DNA of 64,000 nt from positions 224,001 through 288,000 of the forward strand of contig CAWHCF010000010.1 of assembly GCA_963827655.1 (NCBI GenBank). Reading direction: 5' to 3'. Positions within the stretch are counted from its first letter, which is position 1. Each line of letters begins with the position of its first letter. Source of the DNA: an uncultured Acidobacteriota bacterium (GTDB lineage: Bacteria > Acidobacteriota > UBA6911). The notes beneath the pieces are model-generated. The model searched no databases and was not told where the DNA came from. It saw only the letters and a list, made by a program, of their open reading frames with translations. Of this stretch, positions 40,456-51,883 are shown piece after piece. The position numbers and the translations under genes were made by a program.

Positions 40456-42402
40456 ATGCCAAGAAATATCATCCGCCTGGCAATTCTCGCGGCGGCGGGG
40501 ATGGTCGCCGCCAATCACGTCGCCCCTGCGCAGAGTTTCAGCCCTGAACTTGTCTCCCGTCGGAATGCGACGGAGAAGGCACTGCAGTCGATCGCCATCG
40601 TCGAGCGCAAGCTCATGGTGCCGATGCGCGACGGCAAGCGCATGGCGACCGACGTCTACCGCCCGAAGGACACGTCCGGGAGGTACCCCACGATCTTTGT
40701 CCGAACCCCGTACAACTTCAATTACTGGGACGTGCGCAATGGCGCGCCGCGCGACATGACCAATCAGCTGGAGGCGGTGAAGCGCGGGTACGCCTACATC
40801 GAGATGAACGAGCGGGGTCACTTCTTTTCCGAGGGGGACTACGACATCCTCGGTCCCCCTCGCACCGACGGTTACGATGCCATCTCATGGATCGCCTCGC
40901 AGCCCTGGTCTAGCGGCAAGGTCGGCACGATCGGGTGTTCCTCAACCGCCGAATGGCAGATGGGAGTCGCTGCGCTCGGCAACCCAGCGTACGCGGCGAT
41001 GATCCCCCAGGGATTTGGCGCCGGCGTAGGACGTGTGGGCCCGTACTTCGAGCAGGGGAACTGGTACCGTGGCGGCGCCGTCCAGATGCTGTTCATCGCG
41101 TGGCTCTACGGAGAGCAGAATCAGGTGCGGCCGATGTTCCCCGCGAACGTGTCGCGGGAGGACCTGCTGCGCGTCTCGAAATCCTTCGACCTCGCGCAAC
41201 AACTGCCGCGGGTCGACTGGTCGCAGGCGCTCCGGCACCTTCCCGTGATGGACATCATCAAGGCCGTGGACGGACCGGGCGGGATCTTCGCCGATCCGAT
41301 GCCCGTCGCCACTGGCGGCGCGATGATCAAGCGGACGCCAAATGATCCGGCCTGGTATCGCGGCGGGCTCTGGCACGACGATATGACGATCAACGTGCCC
41401 GGGCTCTGGTTCATGTCGTGGTACGACGTGTCGGTGGGGCCGAACCTTGCGCTCTATAATCACGTGCGGAAGACGGCCAAGCCGGAAATCGCCGGCCAGC
41501 AGTATGCGGTGATCGCGCCGACGCTCCACTGCGCCTACAAGCGCGCCACGGAGAACACTGTCGTCGGTGAGCGCAGCGTCGGCGACGCCCGCCTCGACTA
41601 TGACGCGCTGACCTACGGCTGGTTCGACTACTTCCTCAAGGGGGAAAACAACCAGCTGCTCGCCACCCTGCCCAAGGTTCGTTATTACACGATGGGGGCC
41701 AACAAGTGGCAGACCTCGGACACATGGCCGCCGCAGGGCGCGCAGCCGATGACCTTCTTCCTGTCGAGCGGCGGCAAAGCAAATACGCTCGACGGCGACG
41801 GCGTACTTGCCGCCGGTCCGCCGCCGGCGGACAACCCGGATCATTTCGCTTACGACCCGATGAACCCGGTACCCTCGCACGGCGGCAACGTCTGCTGCAC
41901 GGGCAATGCCGTCACTGGCGGCGCTTTTGACCAGCGCAAAACTGAGGCCAGGCCCGACGTTCTGGTGTACTCCACTGAGCCCCTCAAGGAAGGCATCGAA
42001 GCCAGCGGCCCGATCGAGGTCACTCTGTACGTGTCATCGGACGCGAAGGACACCGACTTTACGGTGAAACTGCTCGACGTGTATCCGGACGGGCCTGCCT
42101 ACAACCTGGACGAGACCATCCAGCGCCTGCGCTATCGTGAAGGATACGACAAGCCGCTGGTGTGGATGGAACCGGGCCGGGTGTACAGGGTAATTCTCCA
42201 GCCGATGACGACCAGCAACTACTTCGAGGCCGGACACCGAATCCGCCTCGAAGTGTCGAGCAGCAACTTTCCGCGCTTCGACCGTAACATGAATACCGGT
42301 GGCAAGAACTACGACGAAGTGCAGGGAGTCGTAGCGCACAACGCCGTTCACCACTCGAAGCAGTATCCATCGCAGATGAAGATCACGGTGGTGAAGCGGT
42401 AG
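40456..42402 (+). CDS. CocE/NonD family hydrolase
   Basis: [42 protein letters not shown]. Confidence 0.92.
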   Translation: MPRNIIRLAILAAAGMVAANHVAPAQSFSPELVSRRNATEKALQSIAIVERKLMVPMRDGKRMATDVYRPKDTSGRYPTIFVRTPYNFNYWDVRNGAPRDMTNQLEAVKRGYAYIEMNERGHFFSEGDYDILGPPRTDGYDAISWIASQPWSSGKVGTIGCSSTAEWQMGVAALGNPAYAAMIPQGFGAGVGRVGPYFEQGNWYRGGAVQMLFIAWLYGEQNQVRPMFPANVSREDLLRVSKSFDLAQQLPRVDWSQALRHLPVMDIIKAVDGPGGIFADPMPVATGGAMIKRTPNDPAWYRGGLWHDDMTINVPGLWFMSWYDVSVGPNLALYNHVRKTAKPEIAGQQYAVIAPTLHCAYKRATENTVVGERSVGDARLDYDALTYGWFDYFLKGENNQLLATLPKVRYYTMGANKWQTSDTWPPQGAQPMTFFLSSGGKANTLDGDGVLAAGPPPADNPDHFAYDPMNPVPSHGGNVCCTGNAVTGGAFDQRKTEARPDVLVYSTEPLKEGIEASGPIEVTLYVSSDAKDTDFTVKLLDVYPDGPAYNLDETIQRLRYREGYDKPLVWMEPGRVYRVILQPMTTSNYFEAGHRIRLEVSSSNFPRFDRNMNTGGKNYDEVQGVVAHNAVHHSKQYPSQMKITVVKR

Positions 42403-42420
42403 CCGACGGCTTACGCCAGA

Positions 42421-43764
42421 TCAGGGTCGCGTGGTAGTCGTCCTGCTCAGGGCCGACGGAATACTTCGCGGTTCGGACTCGTCGCTGTCAAAGGGACGGA
42501 ACTCGCGCCCGCGAGTCTCGGGGCCGAGCCACATGATCGCGATTGCCAGAGTGGTTGCCACGACCATGATCAGGCTCATCGCCGAGTTCAAGGCCATTCC
42601 GCGGTCATGGAGCCGGCCAATGAGCATGGGGGTAATTGACCCGATCCCCGCACCCGCGTGATAGGCAAAGCCCGGGCCGACGCCTCGGACCGCCGTCGGA
42701 AACCGCTCGCTCAAGTAGGTCGGGACTGCGCCTCCCATGCCGGGTCCGGTGAATCCCATGAGCAACGCGCCGGCCAGCCGCAGCGCAGGGTTGGTGGCGA
42801 ACATATAGGCCGGGATCATGACGACGGCCAGCAAACCGGCTGCTGTCACCGAGCCCCGGCGGCCCAGCCTGGTTTCCGACATCCTTCCCCACGCGGTCGC
42901 GCCCAGGGCGTTCCCCAGATTCAGGGCGACGATGTACCAGAACGGCTCCAGGCCGGATTGCCGGAGATACGTGGGATACCAGAACGAAATCGAATAAACC
43001 GACACCATGAATGCGCTGATCAGGAGTGACGTCTGAATCGTGGTCCCGAGCAGGTCTCGGTGAAACACCCGCAGCAGCGAGATAGGTTCGATATTTCCGG
43101 TTTGCCTGAGAAGCCGCCGGCGCTCGAGCCATACCGGGCTCTCGGACACGCCACTGCGGATCCACAGCACGAGAAGCGCGGGCAGCGCGCCGATCCAGAA
43201 CAGGGCGCGCCAGCCCAGCCCGGGCTGCGTGTTGAAGAGTGGATAGAGATACCGGAAAGCGAGCGCCGAGAGAATGTACCCCCACGAAAACCCGCCCTGC
43301 AAGATTCCGGACGCGATGCCGCGCAGGTGCGTGGGCCAGTGCTCCATGGCCAGGGGCACGCCCGCGGCGTATTCTCCTCCCATGCCGATGCCGAAGAGCG
43401 CGCGGAACGCAAACAGCATGGCGTACGAAGTGGAAAAACCGCTCAGCAGCGAAAAGATCGAGAACCAGAGAATCGACACCATGAGCGGTCCCTTTCGTCC
43501 CCATCGGTCCGCGGCCGTGCCGGCGGCCACGCCCCCGACCAGCCGCGTCATCATCGTGACCGTGCCCAGAGCGCCCGCCAGCGCGCTATCGACGGTGAAG
43601 CTCTCCTGGATGTCGATCAGGACGAACATGAGGAGGGTGAAGTCGAACCCGTCGAGAACCCATCCCCAGAATGCGGCGTTGAATGCCTTCCACTGCTCTT
43701 TGCTGACCTGCCGATACCATGGCCCGGCAGCAACCTGCCGCGAATGATTAACCGCGTTGGTCAT
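42421..43764 (-). CDS. MFS transporter (sialate/carboxylate SHS-like), intact copy
   Basis: GWVLDGFDF, ADRWGRK, GIGMGGEY, ERFPTAVRG, GPETRG. Confidence 0.92.
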   Translation of the reverse strand: MTNAVNHSRQVAAGPWYRQVSKEQWKAFNAAFWGWVLDGFDFTLLMFVLIDIQESFTVDSALAGALGTVTMMTRLVGGVAAGTAADRWGRKGPLMVSILWFSIFSLLSGFSTSYAMLFAFRALFGIGMGGEYAAGVPLAMEHWPTHLRGIASGILQGGFSWGYILSALAFRYLYPLFNTQPGLGWRALFWIGALPALLVLWIRSGVSESPVWLERRRLLRQTGNIEPISLLRVFHRDLLGTTIQTSLLISAFMVSVYSISFWYPTYLRQSGLEPFWYIVALNLGNALGATAWGRMSETRLGRRGSVTAAGLLAVVMIPAYMFATNPALRLAGALLMGFTGPGMGGAVPTYLSERFPTAVRGVGPGFAYHAGAGIGSITPMLIGRLHDRGMALNSAMSLIMVVATTLAIAIMWLGPETRGREFRPFDSDESEPRSIPSALSRTTTTRP

Positions 43765-44697
43765 GACAGCTCAAACTTCGGATCGGACAGCCGGCCCGGC
43801 GCGCCGTGAAATCGCAAGGGAATTCGTCTTGTATCAGGTCGCCAGAGGGGTAATCCCAATGTAGTCTACCTTCTCGAGGAGGCATGGCCTGGGATCAGCG
43901 CCCTCGAGGGCCATCCGGCCCGTCGCATGAACGCGATAGCGATTTAGCCTTAAGAAGTTCATTTGTGCCAGGGTAGCCGGATGGCTTATGCTCCGCACAT
44001 CTTGAGTTTAGGCGTAAGACGTTTTTTCACAGCTCAGCGCCGAGATACGTATTTCTGCGCGAGCCCAGAGCCCTGCCTCGTCCGGGACAATGAGGCTGCG
44101 TCAATTTGGATGTCAACACAAATCGCGGTGGCGTGTGTGCAAGGACTTGCCATTTGACTGTCCCGGAGCGATCATGACCTCGAACGTTGAAGGAACGATC
44201 AAGACCATGTGAATCGCGGCTGGAGGCCTGACGCGTGACAGCCGTGGCCCAGTCCCCCTGGCTCTACGCGCACGGGTTGGGATAGAAGGCCCAGCGCCCT
44301 GCGTGCATTCTCTTCCGAGGGGTTCAACCCACTCTCAGAGGTTCCCAATATGCTCCCACGTTTCTTTGGAACGATTCTACCGCTGAGCCTGCTCGCGGTC
44401 GCGCTGGTCGGCGCGCCGCAGGAGCCGAAGCCGGCGGAACCCCAGGCGCCGCCGAATCCGCGCCTGGAAGCTCTCAAGCAGGAGGCCGCCGCCGAGGTCG
44501 ACCGGATGCGGGAGCTCACGCAGCAGATGGTCGACACGATCTTCAGCTTCGGCGAACTCGGCTTCCAGGAGGTCGAGACCTCCGCCTATCTCACGGGCAT
44601 CCTGGAGAAGAACGGCTTCAAGATCGAGCGGGGAATTGCCGGGATCCCGACGGCATGGATGGCGAGCTGGGGAACGGGCAAGCCGGTCATCGCTCTC
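42633..44697. repeat. ~2 kb direct repeat, copy A
   Basis: Near-identical to 50750-52639 apart from SNPs and a diverged, ~175 bp longer intergenic part. Confidence 0.95.
44205..44349 (+). ncRNA. Putative structured non-coding leader resembling an IS110-family non-coding end
   Basis: Stems gcgtg..gcccag-tcccc-ctgg..tacgc, gttggg-atagaagg-cccagc, gggtt-c-aaccc; family resemblance is from memory only. Confidence 0.35.
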
Positions 44698-44700
44698 TGA
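44350..44700 (+). pseudogene. M20 amidohydrolase (AbgB-like) 5' fragment truncated at the IS91 boundary
   Basis: Matches the 52292 copy up to KPVIAL, then an immediate TGA at 44698. Confidence 0.9.
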
Positions 44701-46386
44701 CAGGGTGTGATCGACTCCGGAACGTAGGCCTCTCTGAAACGGGGATCCTACTGAAATTGGCACGTAAGACCCTGCGGCAGTTAGATTCCATGTGGGATGC
44801 AATCCCCAGGGAATCTATCGGCCCCGAAACGTACGGTCCACCGACCTGTATCGCCTGGTTGAGGACAACTTCGACCAACTCGAGCGCGTCTGGGAGGAAC
44901 GCTACGAAAAACAGTACGGCTTCTGGCGCCCGATCGTCCGTCATGTTGTCGAGCAGTACCTGGACTGCGGTGACCTGCGGTGCGGTTTTGCCCGCGTTTG
45001 GTGCGCATCCTGTCGCAGGGATCTCCTGCTTGCCTATAGTTGCAAGCGCCGCTGCTTCTGTCCCTCATGCCACCAAAAACGTGCCCTGCTCTTTTGCCGA
45101 GCACCTCGAGCAGAACGTGCTGGGCCCAGTCCCCATCCGTCAGTATGTCGTCACCATCCCCAAGATGCTGCGCCTCTGTTTCAAGTACGATCGCAAGCTC
45201 CTGGGGGCCCTGAGCCGGTGCTTTTACCTTGCGCTCAAGGAGCTTTTCCAGGATGGCGCCGCTGACCGCCAGGCGCGCCCAGGCATGATCGCTTCTCTGC
45301 AAACTTACGGTGATGATCCCACCCGGTTTCATCCTCATCTTCATTGCCTGGTGGCCGACGGGCTCCTGCTGCCCGACGGCTCCTTTATCCCCATCCCACG
45401 CCCCGATCCGGTCCGGATCATGCTTCTGTTTCGTCATAAGCTCCTGAAGCTGCTGCTGGCAAGGGAAAAAATCAGCCCCCACTTGGTCGAGATTCTTCTC
45501 TCCTGGCGTCACCCTGGCTTCTCTGTATTTCAGGGCGATCCCGTCTCCCCGGACGACCATCAGTCGCGACAACGCCTGGCCAGCTACATCTGCCATCCAC
45601 CCATGGCGCTGGAGCGTTTGCACTATGACCCCCAAACCCGTCAGGTCGCCTACGATCGAAAAAACACGATCACAGCGCCGGCCCCGAGGCTCCTGCCGCC
45701 GCTTCCTGCTCGGCGCTCGACTTCCTGGCCGGCCTATGCACTCATATACCCGATGCTGGCCAACAACTCATCAGGTATTACGGCGCGTTTTCCAACGTCC
45801 GCCGCGCCCGCGCCCGGCAAACGACAGCCCCGCCGCAGCCGATGACCTCGCGCTCTGCGGAGGATGATGCTGTGCACGAAATGAGGAGTTCCTGGGCCCG
45901 CTTGATTAAGAAGGTACATGAGGCCGACCCTTTGACCTGCCCTCGCTGCGGGCGCCCCATGAAGATCATCAGCCTGATCGATAATCCTGCCGTGATCGAA
46001 AGAATTCTTCGCCACCTCAAGCTCTGGCATCAACCCGAGCGCCCGCCCCCCACTCCGCCTCCGAGAACTCTACACTATGACGTCGATCTCCCCGCCTGAG
46101 GCGATCCCCTCCCGCCGTTCCACGGTGCCGGATGGCGCTCCCGGGCCTCCGGTTGCTGAGCACCGCATGACTTGGCCGGCGCCACCGAGGGAAAGGTGTG
46201 CCTTGTTGAGCACTCGAATGGGGACGGAGGAGTTACCCTCAAGACCCAAGCTCGCTCCTCCGCCCTCGTTCCGCTCCAATCGCCTCCCGAACAGGCCTCT
46301 CACCCAGCCGCCGAGATATTTCAGCAGACCATCTCGCCCAACTCATGCTATTCTCCCACCGGCACCGAAAAGCAATTTCCTATTCT
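44698..46386 (+). mobile_element. IS91/ISCR-family rolling-circle element
   Basis: Left boundary set by loss of repeat identity; gtagg...cctac hairpin at ~44724-44751; oriIS-like AAAAGCAATTTCCTAT at 46368-46383. Confidence 0.75.
44792..46099 (+). CDS. IS91-family transposase (Zn-binding + Y2/HUH), frameshifted
   Basis: CGDLRCGFARVWC..C..SCKRRCFCPSC; FHPHLHCLVADG; IRYYGAFSN; WARLIKKV..DPLTCPRCG. Confidence 0.9.
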
Positions 46387-46400
46387 TTTTAATTTTTTAA

Positions 46401-46426
46401 TTGACAGTAATCCCTTTCACCTGTCA
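46401..46426 (+). promoter_or_regulatory. Putative blaI promoter/operator
   Basis: TTGACA at 46401 after an AT-rich tract; inverted repeat TGACAG-N13-CTGTCA. Confidence 0.4.
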
Positions 46427-46465
46427 TACCTCTATCTATTAATTCTTTAATCTCTCGAGGTCGAC

Positions 46466-46846
46466 ATGGCTAGAAAAAAGTCTCCTCACCTCACTGACGC
46501 TGAGTTGAAGCTGATGGACGTGATTTGGGAGAAAGGCGCCTCGACTGTTTCCGAAGTTGTGGAGGCGGTAGCGAAGGATACGCCGCTGGCGTACTCCACT
46601 GTGCTGACGACGCTCCGGATCCTCGAAAACAAGGGTTACCTGCGTCACACGAAGGATGGCAGAGCATTTGTATACCGGCCCGTTGTGGCGAGAGAGAAAG
46701 CGCAGGAAAACGCGATCAAACACCTGTTGCGGCGCTTTTTTGAGGACTCGCCGGAATTGCTGGTGCTGAACATGATTGAGCGAAACAAGATCAGCGCGGA
46801 TCAGCTCAATCGTTTGCGCAAGCGAATCGAGGAGAAGAAGTCATGA
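46466..46846 (+). CDS. BlaI/MecI/CopY family repressor
   Basis: LTDAELKLMDVIW, LAYSTVLTTLRILENKG, GRAFVYRP. Confidence 0.93.
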   Translation: MARKKSPHLTDAELKLMDVIWEKGASTVSEVVEAVAKDTPLAYSTVLTTLRILENKGYLRHTKDGRAFVYRPVVAREKAQENAIKHLLRRFFEDSPELLVLNMIERNKISADQLNRLRKRIEEKKS

Positions 46847-48975
46847 ATTGGGCTTTGTCGGGGCTCGTGAATGGTCTCCTCGTTAGTGCGCCGCTGACTG
46901 CGGCTGTCTGGTTATTACTGTTTTTCGCGTCCCGGCGCGGTTGGAATGCGGCGACACGATACGTCGTGTGGTGGATAACGCTCTCCGCTGTCGTCATGTT
47001 GCCGCTGGCTTACCTGCCGGTCACTGTTTTTCAATTTGTCGCGCGGCCGGCTCTGCCGCCGGTCCTGGCGGGTCCCGGCGTAGGAACCGCCGGCTCGATC
47101 GGGATCGCCGTGACCCAGACCGAAACTGTCATCGCACGCAGTTTGACTCCCGGCGCAATTCAATCGCGTTCATCGGACAGTTTGTTTCCCGTTCAGGTCA
47201 CTTCGGGACGCTGGGCCGTGTGGGTTCTTATGTCATGGGCAGCGACGAGCGCCCTCCTATTGCTTCGTCTCACGGTCAGCTATGTTCTGCTCGAACGGCG
47301 GAAGAGGCGCGCCGAAAGTGCGTCGACGCATAAAACGCGCCTCGAGGAATGGCTCACGCGACGCCGGGCGGGACAGAGACAGGTTCGCGTAAGAGTATCC
47401 TCCGAGATCGCAGTTCCGATGGCAGCCGGCCCGTACGATCCTGTGATTCTCATTCCGGAGCGCATGATGGATCAGCTGGATGAAAACGATTTGATTCAAA
47501 TCGGGCTGCACGAGGCTGCGCATTTCAGCCGCCGCGATGATTACATGCTTCTGGTGCAGCGCGTCATCGAAGCGGTGTTCGTCTTTCATCCCTTTGTTCG
47601 CTGGATTGCGAGACGTATCGAACTCGAGCGCGAGATTGCATGCGACGATTGCGTCATTCAGGCCACTGGTAATCCCAGGTCCTACGCCGCCTGCTTGACC
47701 CAGGTCATGGAACTGAGCGGCGGCGTGCTGCCGTCACGGCTGGCGGCGCCCACGACCGAACGAGCATCCCAACTCGAAACACGCATCGAAATGCTTTTGG
47801 ATGACGGTCGCAAAACAACCACGCACGTGCTCAGGCCGCGGCTGACCGGTGCAGTTGTAATTCTCTTCGCAATGGTTTGGATGGCGGCGGTAGCGCCAGG
47901 CCCTGTACTTTTCTCAACACGAACCCGGGCCGTGCTTCAGTCACCGCCGGAGGCGGTAACAAGCCCCATCGCATCGCAGTCTATCGCGCCCGCAGTCCTA
48001 GCTCAGACTCCGGTTGCCCGGCAAATTCAACGGACTTCTGATCCCGTCCAGTCCACGGCTTCGCTGGTCTTCGCTCAGACTTCCATTGCCCAGCAAGCTC
48101 CCAAGCCTTCTGGTCCGGGTACGGCCGCCGTAACCACGCCCAATCCCCGGGCGGTGCTGCGATTGACGGTTGTCGTTACTGAACGGCTTGGCCGCTATGT
48201 GTCCGGACTCGAGAAGGAACACTTCAAGCTCTTTGAAGACGATGTGGAGCAGAACATCGCAGAATTCTCGAGCAATGGAGCGCTCTCTCTTGCGCTTGTT
48301 TACGCGATCCGAAACGGCAACCTCGGCAGCGGCGTGTTGGGCGAGACCATCGCGCAATTCCAGAGGATGTCAACCGTTGACGACGAATTCTGGGTTATCT
48401 ACGGTTCCAACGCGGGGCCGGAATCGGTGCGCGTCGATCAGAGCGATGGAGCTCTGGATGAAGTACTGAAGCGGTTGGACTCTGCAAAAAGTGTTCCCCC
48501 ATTGCCAGGAGAGATCCTGACAGCGGTTGAACTGATGAAGTCGGCGAAAAATTCGCGCAGAGCGGTCGTCATCGTCTCGGATGTAAACGATCGGGCCGCC
48601 CTAAACATCCAGGACCAGATCACCGGCATTGCCAACAAAGCCGGCGCTCAGATTTATGCGCTCAGCATGACTCCGCGCGACGCCGCAACGGACAGCGTCG
48701 CGGGCGAAGTGTCCGGCCTGTCGTGGCTGGACGCGATTACCAAACAAACCGGCGGCATTCACTTTTCGGGGCCTGGTGCGACGGAAGTGCTCGATGTACT
48801 CACGAAAATCGGAGTAGGACTGCGCAACACGTATCAGATTGGTTTCACGCCGACTAACATCGCGACAGATGGAGCGTACCGAAGAGTCCTTGTCGAGGTG
48901 CTGCCGCCGCGCGGCATACAAAATCTGTTCGCTCGCAGCCAACTTGGCTACTTCGCGATAAATCAGGGTCGCTGA
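46843..48975 (+). CDS. M56 (BlaR1-like) metallopeptidase fused to acidobacterial VWA domain
   Basis: HEAAH..RRDD, FHPFV, EREIACDD; C-terminal GLEKEHFKLFEDDVEQ, TGG, YQIGF..DGAYRRV; ATGA overlap with blaI. Confidence 0.88.
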   Translation: MNWALSGLVNGLLVSAPLTAAVWLLLFFASRRGWNAATRYVVWWITLSAVVMLPLAYLPVTVFQFVARPALPPVLAGPGVGTAGSIGIAVTQTETVIARSLTPGAIQSRSSDSLFPVQVTSGRWAVWVLMSWAATSALLLLRLTVSYVLLERRKRRAESASTHKTRLEEWLTRRRAGQRQVRVRVSSEIAVPMAAGPYDPVILIPERMMDQLDENDLIQIGLHEAAHFSRRDDYMLLVQRVIEAVFVFHPFVRWIARRIELEREIACDDCVIQATGNPRSYAACLTQVMELSGGVLPSRLAAPTTERASQLETRIEMLLDDGRKTTTHVLRPRLTGAVVILFAMVWMAAVAPGPVLFSTRTRAVLQSPPEAVTSPIASQSIAPAVLAQTPVARQIQRTSDPVQSTASLVFAQTSIAQQAPKPSGPGTAAVTTPNPRAVLRLTVVVTERLGRYVSGLEKEHFKLFEDDVEQNIAEFSSNGALSLALVYAIRNGNLGSGVLGETIAQFQRMSTVDDEFWVIYGSNAGPESVRVDQSDGALDEVLKRLDSAKSVPPLPGEILTAVELMKSAKNSRRAVVIVSDVNDRAALNIQDQITGIANKAGAQIYALSMTPRDAATDSVAGEVSGLSWLDAITKQTGGIHFSGPGATEVLDVLTKIGVGLRNTYQIGFTPTNIATDGAYRRVLVEVLPPRGIQNLFARSQLGYFAINQGR

Positions 48976-49011
48976 TTCGTCGAGCGGGGTTCATATGAAG
49001 GGGCAGAGATC

Positions 49012-50613
49012 ATGAAAGAAACCAGCACAACGACACGGTCCACTCATTTTGTCATACCCGCATTTGCAATTCTGTTGGTGGTGACGACACTCAGCGTGAC
49101 GAGTGTCCCAGAGCTTTCCGCTCAGATGGTAACCGGGATATTCAACGACGCGGATCGCACCGGCGTTTTCCCGCCGCGCATTGCCCAAGGCTCTGTATTT
49201 TTGATAGCCGGCTCAAATCTGTGGCCCACGAAGGAAACTTCCGTTCGGGTTAGTGTAGGAGACACAGTGGTCGAAATGCCTGTAGTCTCTGGTACCGGCA
49301 GTTGGGTTCGCGCCGTGCTTCCCGTCGAGACACCCGAAGGATCCGGGGTTGTCGTGCTTCGGCACGATGGGCGTGAAAGCTACCCACGGGAAATTCGTGT
49401 GGTTCGCCGGGAATTCAGGTTATATGGACGAAACTACGTGACAGCGCTTGCGCATAACCTCACTGCCGCAGGCGAGTGGCAGACGAACCGCTACACCCAA
49501 CCGGCCAGGCCCGGTCAATTAGTCGTGCTCTGGGGTACCGGCTTGGGAGCCCATCGCGAAGTGGGTTCGGCGGAGGTTCTCTTAGGCGACAAACGCGCGC
49601 CGGTGGTTTATGCCGGACCGTCAGAGTGCTGCGGCGCCGGTGTTGACCAGGTCGTCTTTGCGGTACGGCCCGGGATTGAAGGATGCCATGTGCCGGTCAA
49701 GGTGAGGCTGCTGGACGACGAATCGGAAAGTAACTCGCCGGTCCTGGCGATAGGCGCCCCCGGGGATGGACCGTGTTCCGACCCGTATGGCCTGCCGGCA
49801 AATCTGCTGGACAAACTCGAATCTGCAGGCACTCTGGATTTCGGCAATATCCGCGGAAACGCCCGCGATCCAGAACGTGTTCCTACCGCCACAGAACTTG
49901 AGTACGGAGCTACCGACCCGGGACAACCCTGGTTCTTCGCCAGCTTTTGGTATGGCGTGCCTGCAACGGCAACGCTTCCGCCCCTCGGTACGTGCTACGG
50001 TCAAGCGGGGACGATCGGACCTTTCACTGAATCGATCCGCGGCAGTCCCGGCAGTCGGCCTTTCGATGCTGGCGTGTCACTGAACCTGCGCGGGCCGCAC
50101 GGGCTCACCCAGATCGTGCGCAGAGCCACCGATCAGGCGGGCAGCGTCGGCTATGCTGGCGTCGATGTACCGGATCGCCTCGAGGCGGGCGAATACCTGT
50201 TGGATAACGGTGAAGGAACCTCCCGCATCGGACCGTTCCAAACCACGTTTACATTGCGGGATGCATCCTTTGAATGGACCAATCGGAAAAGTTTTAACGC
50301 AGCGTCGATAGAGAACGGTATCCCGATTACGTGGAGCGGAGGTGATCCGGCGGGCGGCTATGTCGTGATATCGGCATATTTGACTCGTCAGACCGAGGAT
50401 TGGCCGGAGGAGGTGAGCCACCTCACATGTGTGCAAAAAGTCGAAGAGAAGAGCTTCACATTGCCACTCTCACTGCTCAAATCCGCAGCCGCGGCGGATC
50501 TAATGACAGTGGGCGTCCGCTACGTTTTCCATCATCAATTTCTTGTGCCGGGACTGGACTTCGCTGAGTTCGCTTATGGCATAGGCAGTTCGGCGCGAAT
50601 TCCTTTACGGTAG
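49012..50613 (+). CDS. Secreted IPT/TIG-like acidobacterial protein
   Basis: Signal peptide; IAQGSVFLIAGSNL, PARPGQLVVLWGTGLG, VVYAGPSECC..GVDQV. Confidence 0.75.
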   Translation: MKETSTTTRSTHFVIPAFAILLVVTTLSVTSVPELSAQMVTGIFNDADRTGVFPPRIAQGSVFLIAGSNLWPTKETSVRVSVGDTVVEMPVVSGTGSWVRAVLPVETPEGSGVVVLRHDGRESYPREIRVVRREFRLYGRNYVTALAHNLTAAGEWQTNRYTQPARPGQLVVLWGTGLGAHREVGSAEVLLGDKRAPVVYAGPSECCGAGVDQVVFAVRPGIEGCHVPVKVRLLDDESESNSPVLAIGAPGDGPCSDPYGLPANLLDKLESAGTLDFGNIRGNARDPERVPTATELEYGATDPGQPWFFASFWYGVPATATLPPLGTCYGQAGTIGPFTESIRGSPGSRPFDAGVSLNLRGPHGLTQIVRRATDQAGSVGYAGVDVPDRLEAGEYLLDNGEGTSRIGPFQTTFTLRDASFEWTNRKSFNAASIENGIPITWSGGDPAGGYVVISAYLTRQTEDWPEEVSHLTCVQKVEEKSFTLPLSLLKSAAAADLMTVGVRYVFHHQFLVPGLDFAEFAYGIGSSARIPLR

Positions 50614-50642
50614 TAGGGACTCCGTACCAGCGATCGCGAGGA

Positions 50643-50720
50643 AATACAAAGACAGAAAGGCACAAAGAAAGCCGGCAATCAAACGTCCTTGATGCCGGCT
50701 TTCTTTTGTGTCTTGTGTCT
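50643..50720. repeat. 9-bp-period inverted repeat hairpin near the duplication junction
   Basis: acaaagacagaaaggcacaaagaaagccggc ... gccggctttcttttgtgtcttgtgt. Confidence 0.7.
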
Positions 50721-50749
50721 CCTCCACTTGGTCGTTTTTAAGCGAGTTT

Positions 50750-51883
50750 TAATTGACCCGATCCCCGCTCCCGCGTGATAGGCAAAGCCCGGGCCGACGC
50801 CTCGGACCGCCGTCGGAAACCGCTCGCTCAAGTAGGTCGGGATCGCGCCTCCCATGCCGGGCCCGGTGAATCCCATGAGCAACGCGCCGGCCAGCCGCAG
50901 CGCAGAGTTGGCGGCGAACATATAGGCCGGGATCATGACGACGGCCAGCAAACCGGCTGCTGTCACCGAGCCTCGGCGGCCCAGCCTGGTTTCCGACATC
51001 CTTCCCCACGCGGTCGCGCCCAGAGCGTTCCCCAGATTCAGGGCGACGATGTACCAGAACGGCTCCAGGCCGGGATTGCCGGAGATACGTGGGATACCAG
51101 AACGAAACCGAATAAACCGACAGCATGAATGCGCTGATAAGGAGTGACGTCTGAATCGTGGTCCCGAGCAGGTCTCGGTGAAACACCCGCAGCAGCGAGA
51201 TAGGTTCGACATTTCTGGTTTGACTCAGAAGCCGCCGGCGCTCGAGCCATACCGGGCTCTCGGACACGCCACTGCGGATCCAAAGCACGAGAAGCGCCGG
51301 CAGCGCGCCGATCCAGAACAGGGCGCGCCAGCCCAGCCCGGGCTGCGTGTTGAAGATTGGATAGAGATACCGGAAAGCGAGCGCCGAGAGAATGTACCCC
51401 CACGAAAAACCCACCCTGCAAGATTCCGGACGCGATGCCGCGCAGGTGCGTGGGCCAGTGCTCCATGGCCAGGGGCACGCCCGCGGCGTATTCTCCTCCC
51501 ATGCCGATGCCGAAGAGCGCGCGGAACGCAAACAGCATGGCGTACGAAGTGGAAAAACCGCTCAGCAGCGAAAAGATCGAGAACCAGAGAATCGACACCA
51601 TGAGCGGTCCCTTTCGTCCCCATCGGTCCGCGGCCGTGCCGGCGGCCACGCCCCCGACCAGCCGCGTCATCATCGTGACCGTGCCCAGAGCGCCCGCCAG
51701 CGCGCTATCGACGGTGAAGCTCTCCTGGATGTCGATCAGGACGAACATGAGGAGGGTGAAGTCGAACCCGTCGAGAACCCATCCCCAGAATGCGGCGTTG
51801 AATGCCTTCCACTGCTCTTTGCTGACCTGCCGATACCATGGCCCGGCAGCAACCTGCCGCGAATGATTAACCGCGTTGGTCAT
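50750..51883 (-). pseudogene. 3'-truncated second copy of the MFS transporter
   Basis: Identity ends after AGIGSI, so the last TM helices are missing; frameshifts near 51072 and 51408. Confidence 0.88.

Noticed and set aside
44698-46426. TGACAG(G)GTG / CACCTGTCA as terminal inverted repeats of the IS
   Set aside because: IS91-family elements lack TIRs, the match is short, and the right copy lies beyond the oriIS-like motif within the putative blaI operator
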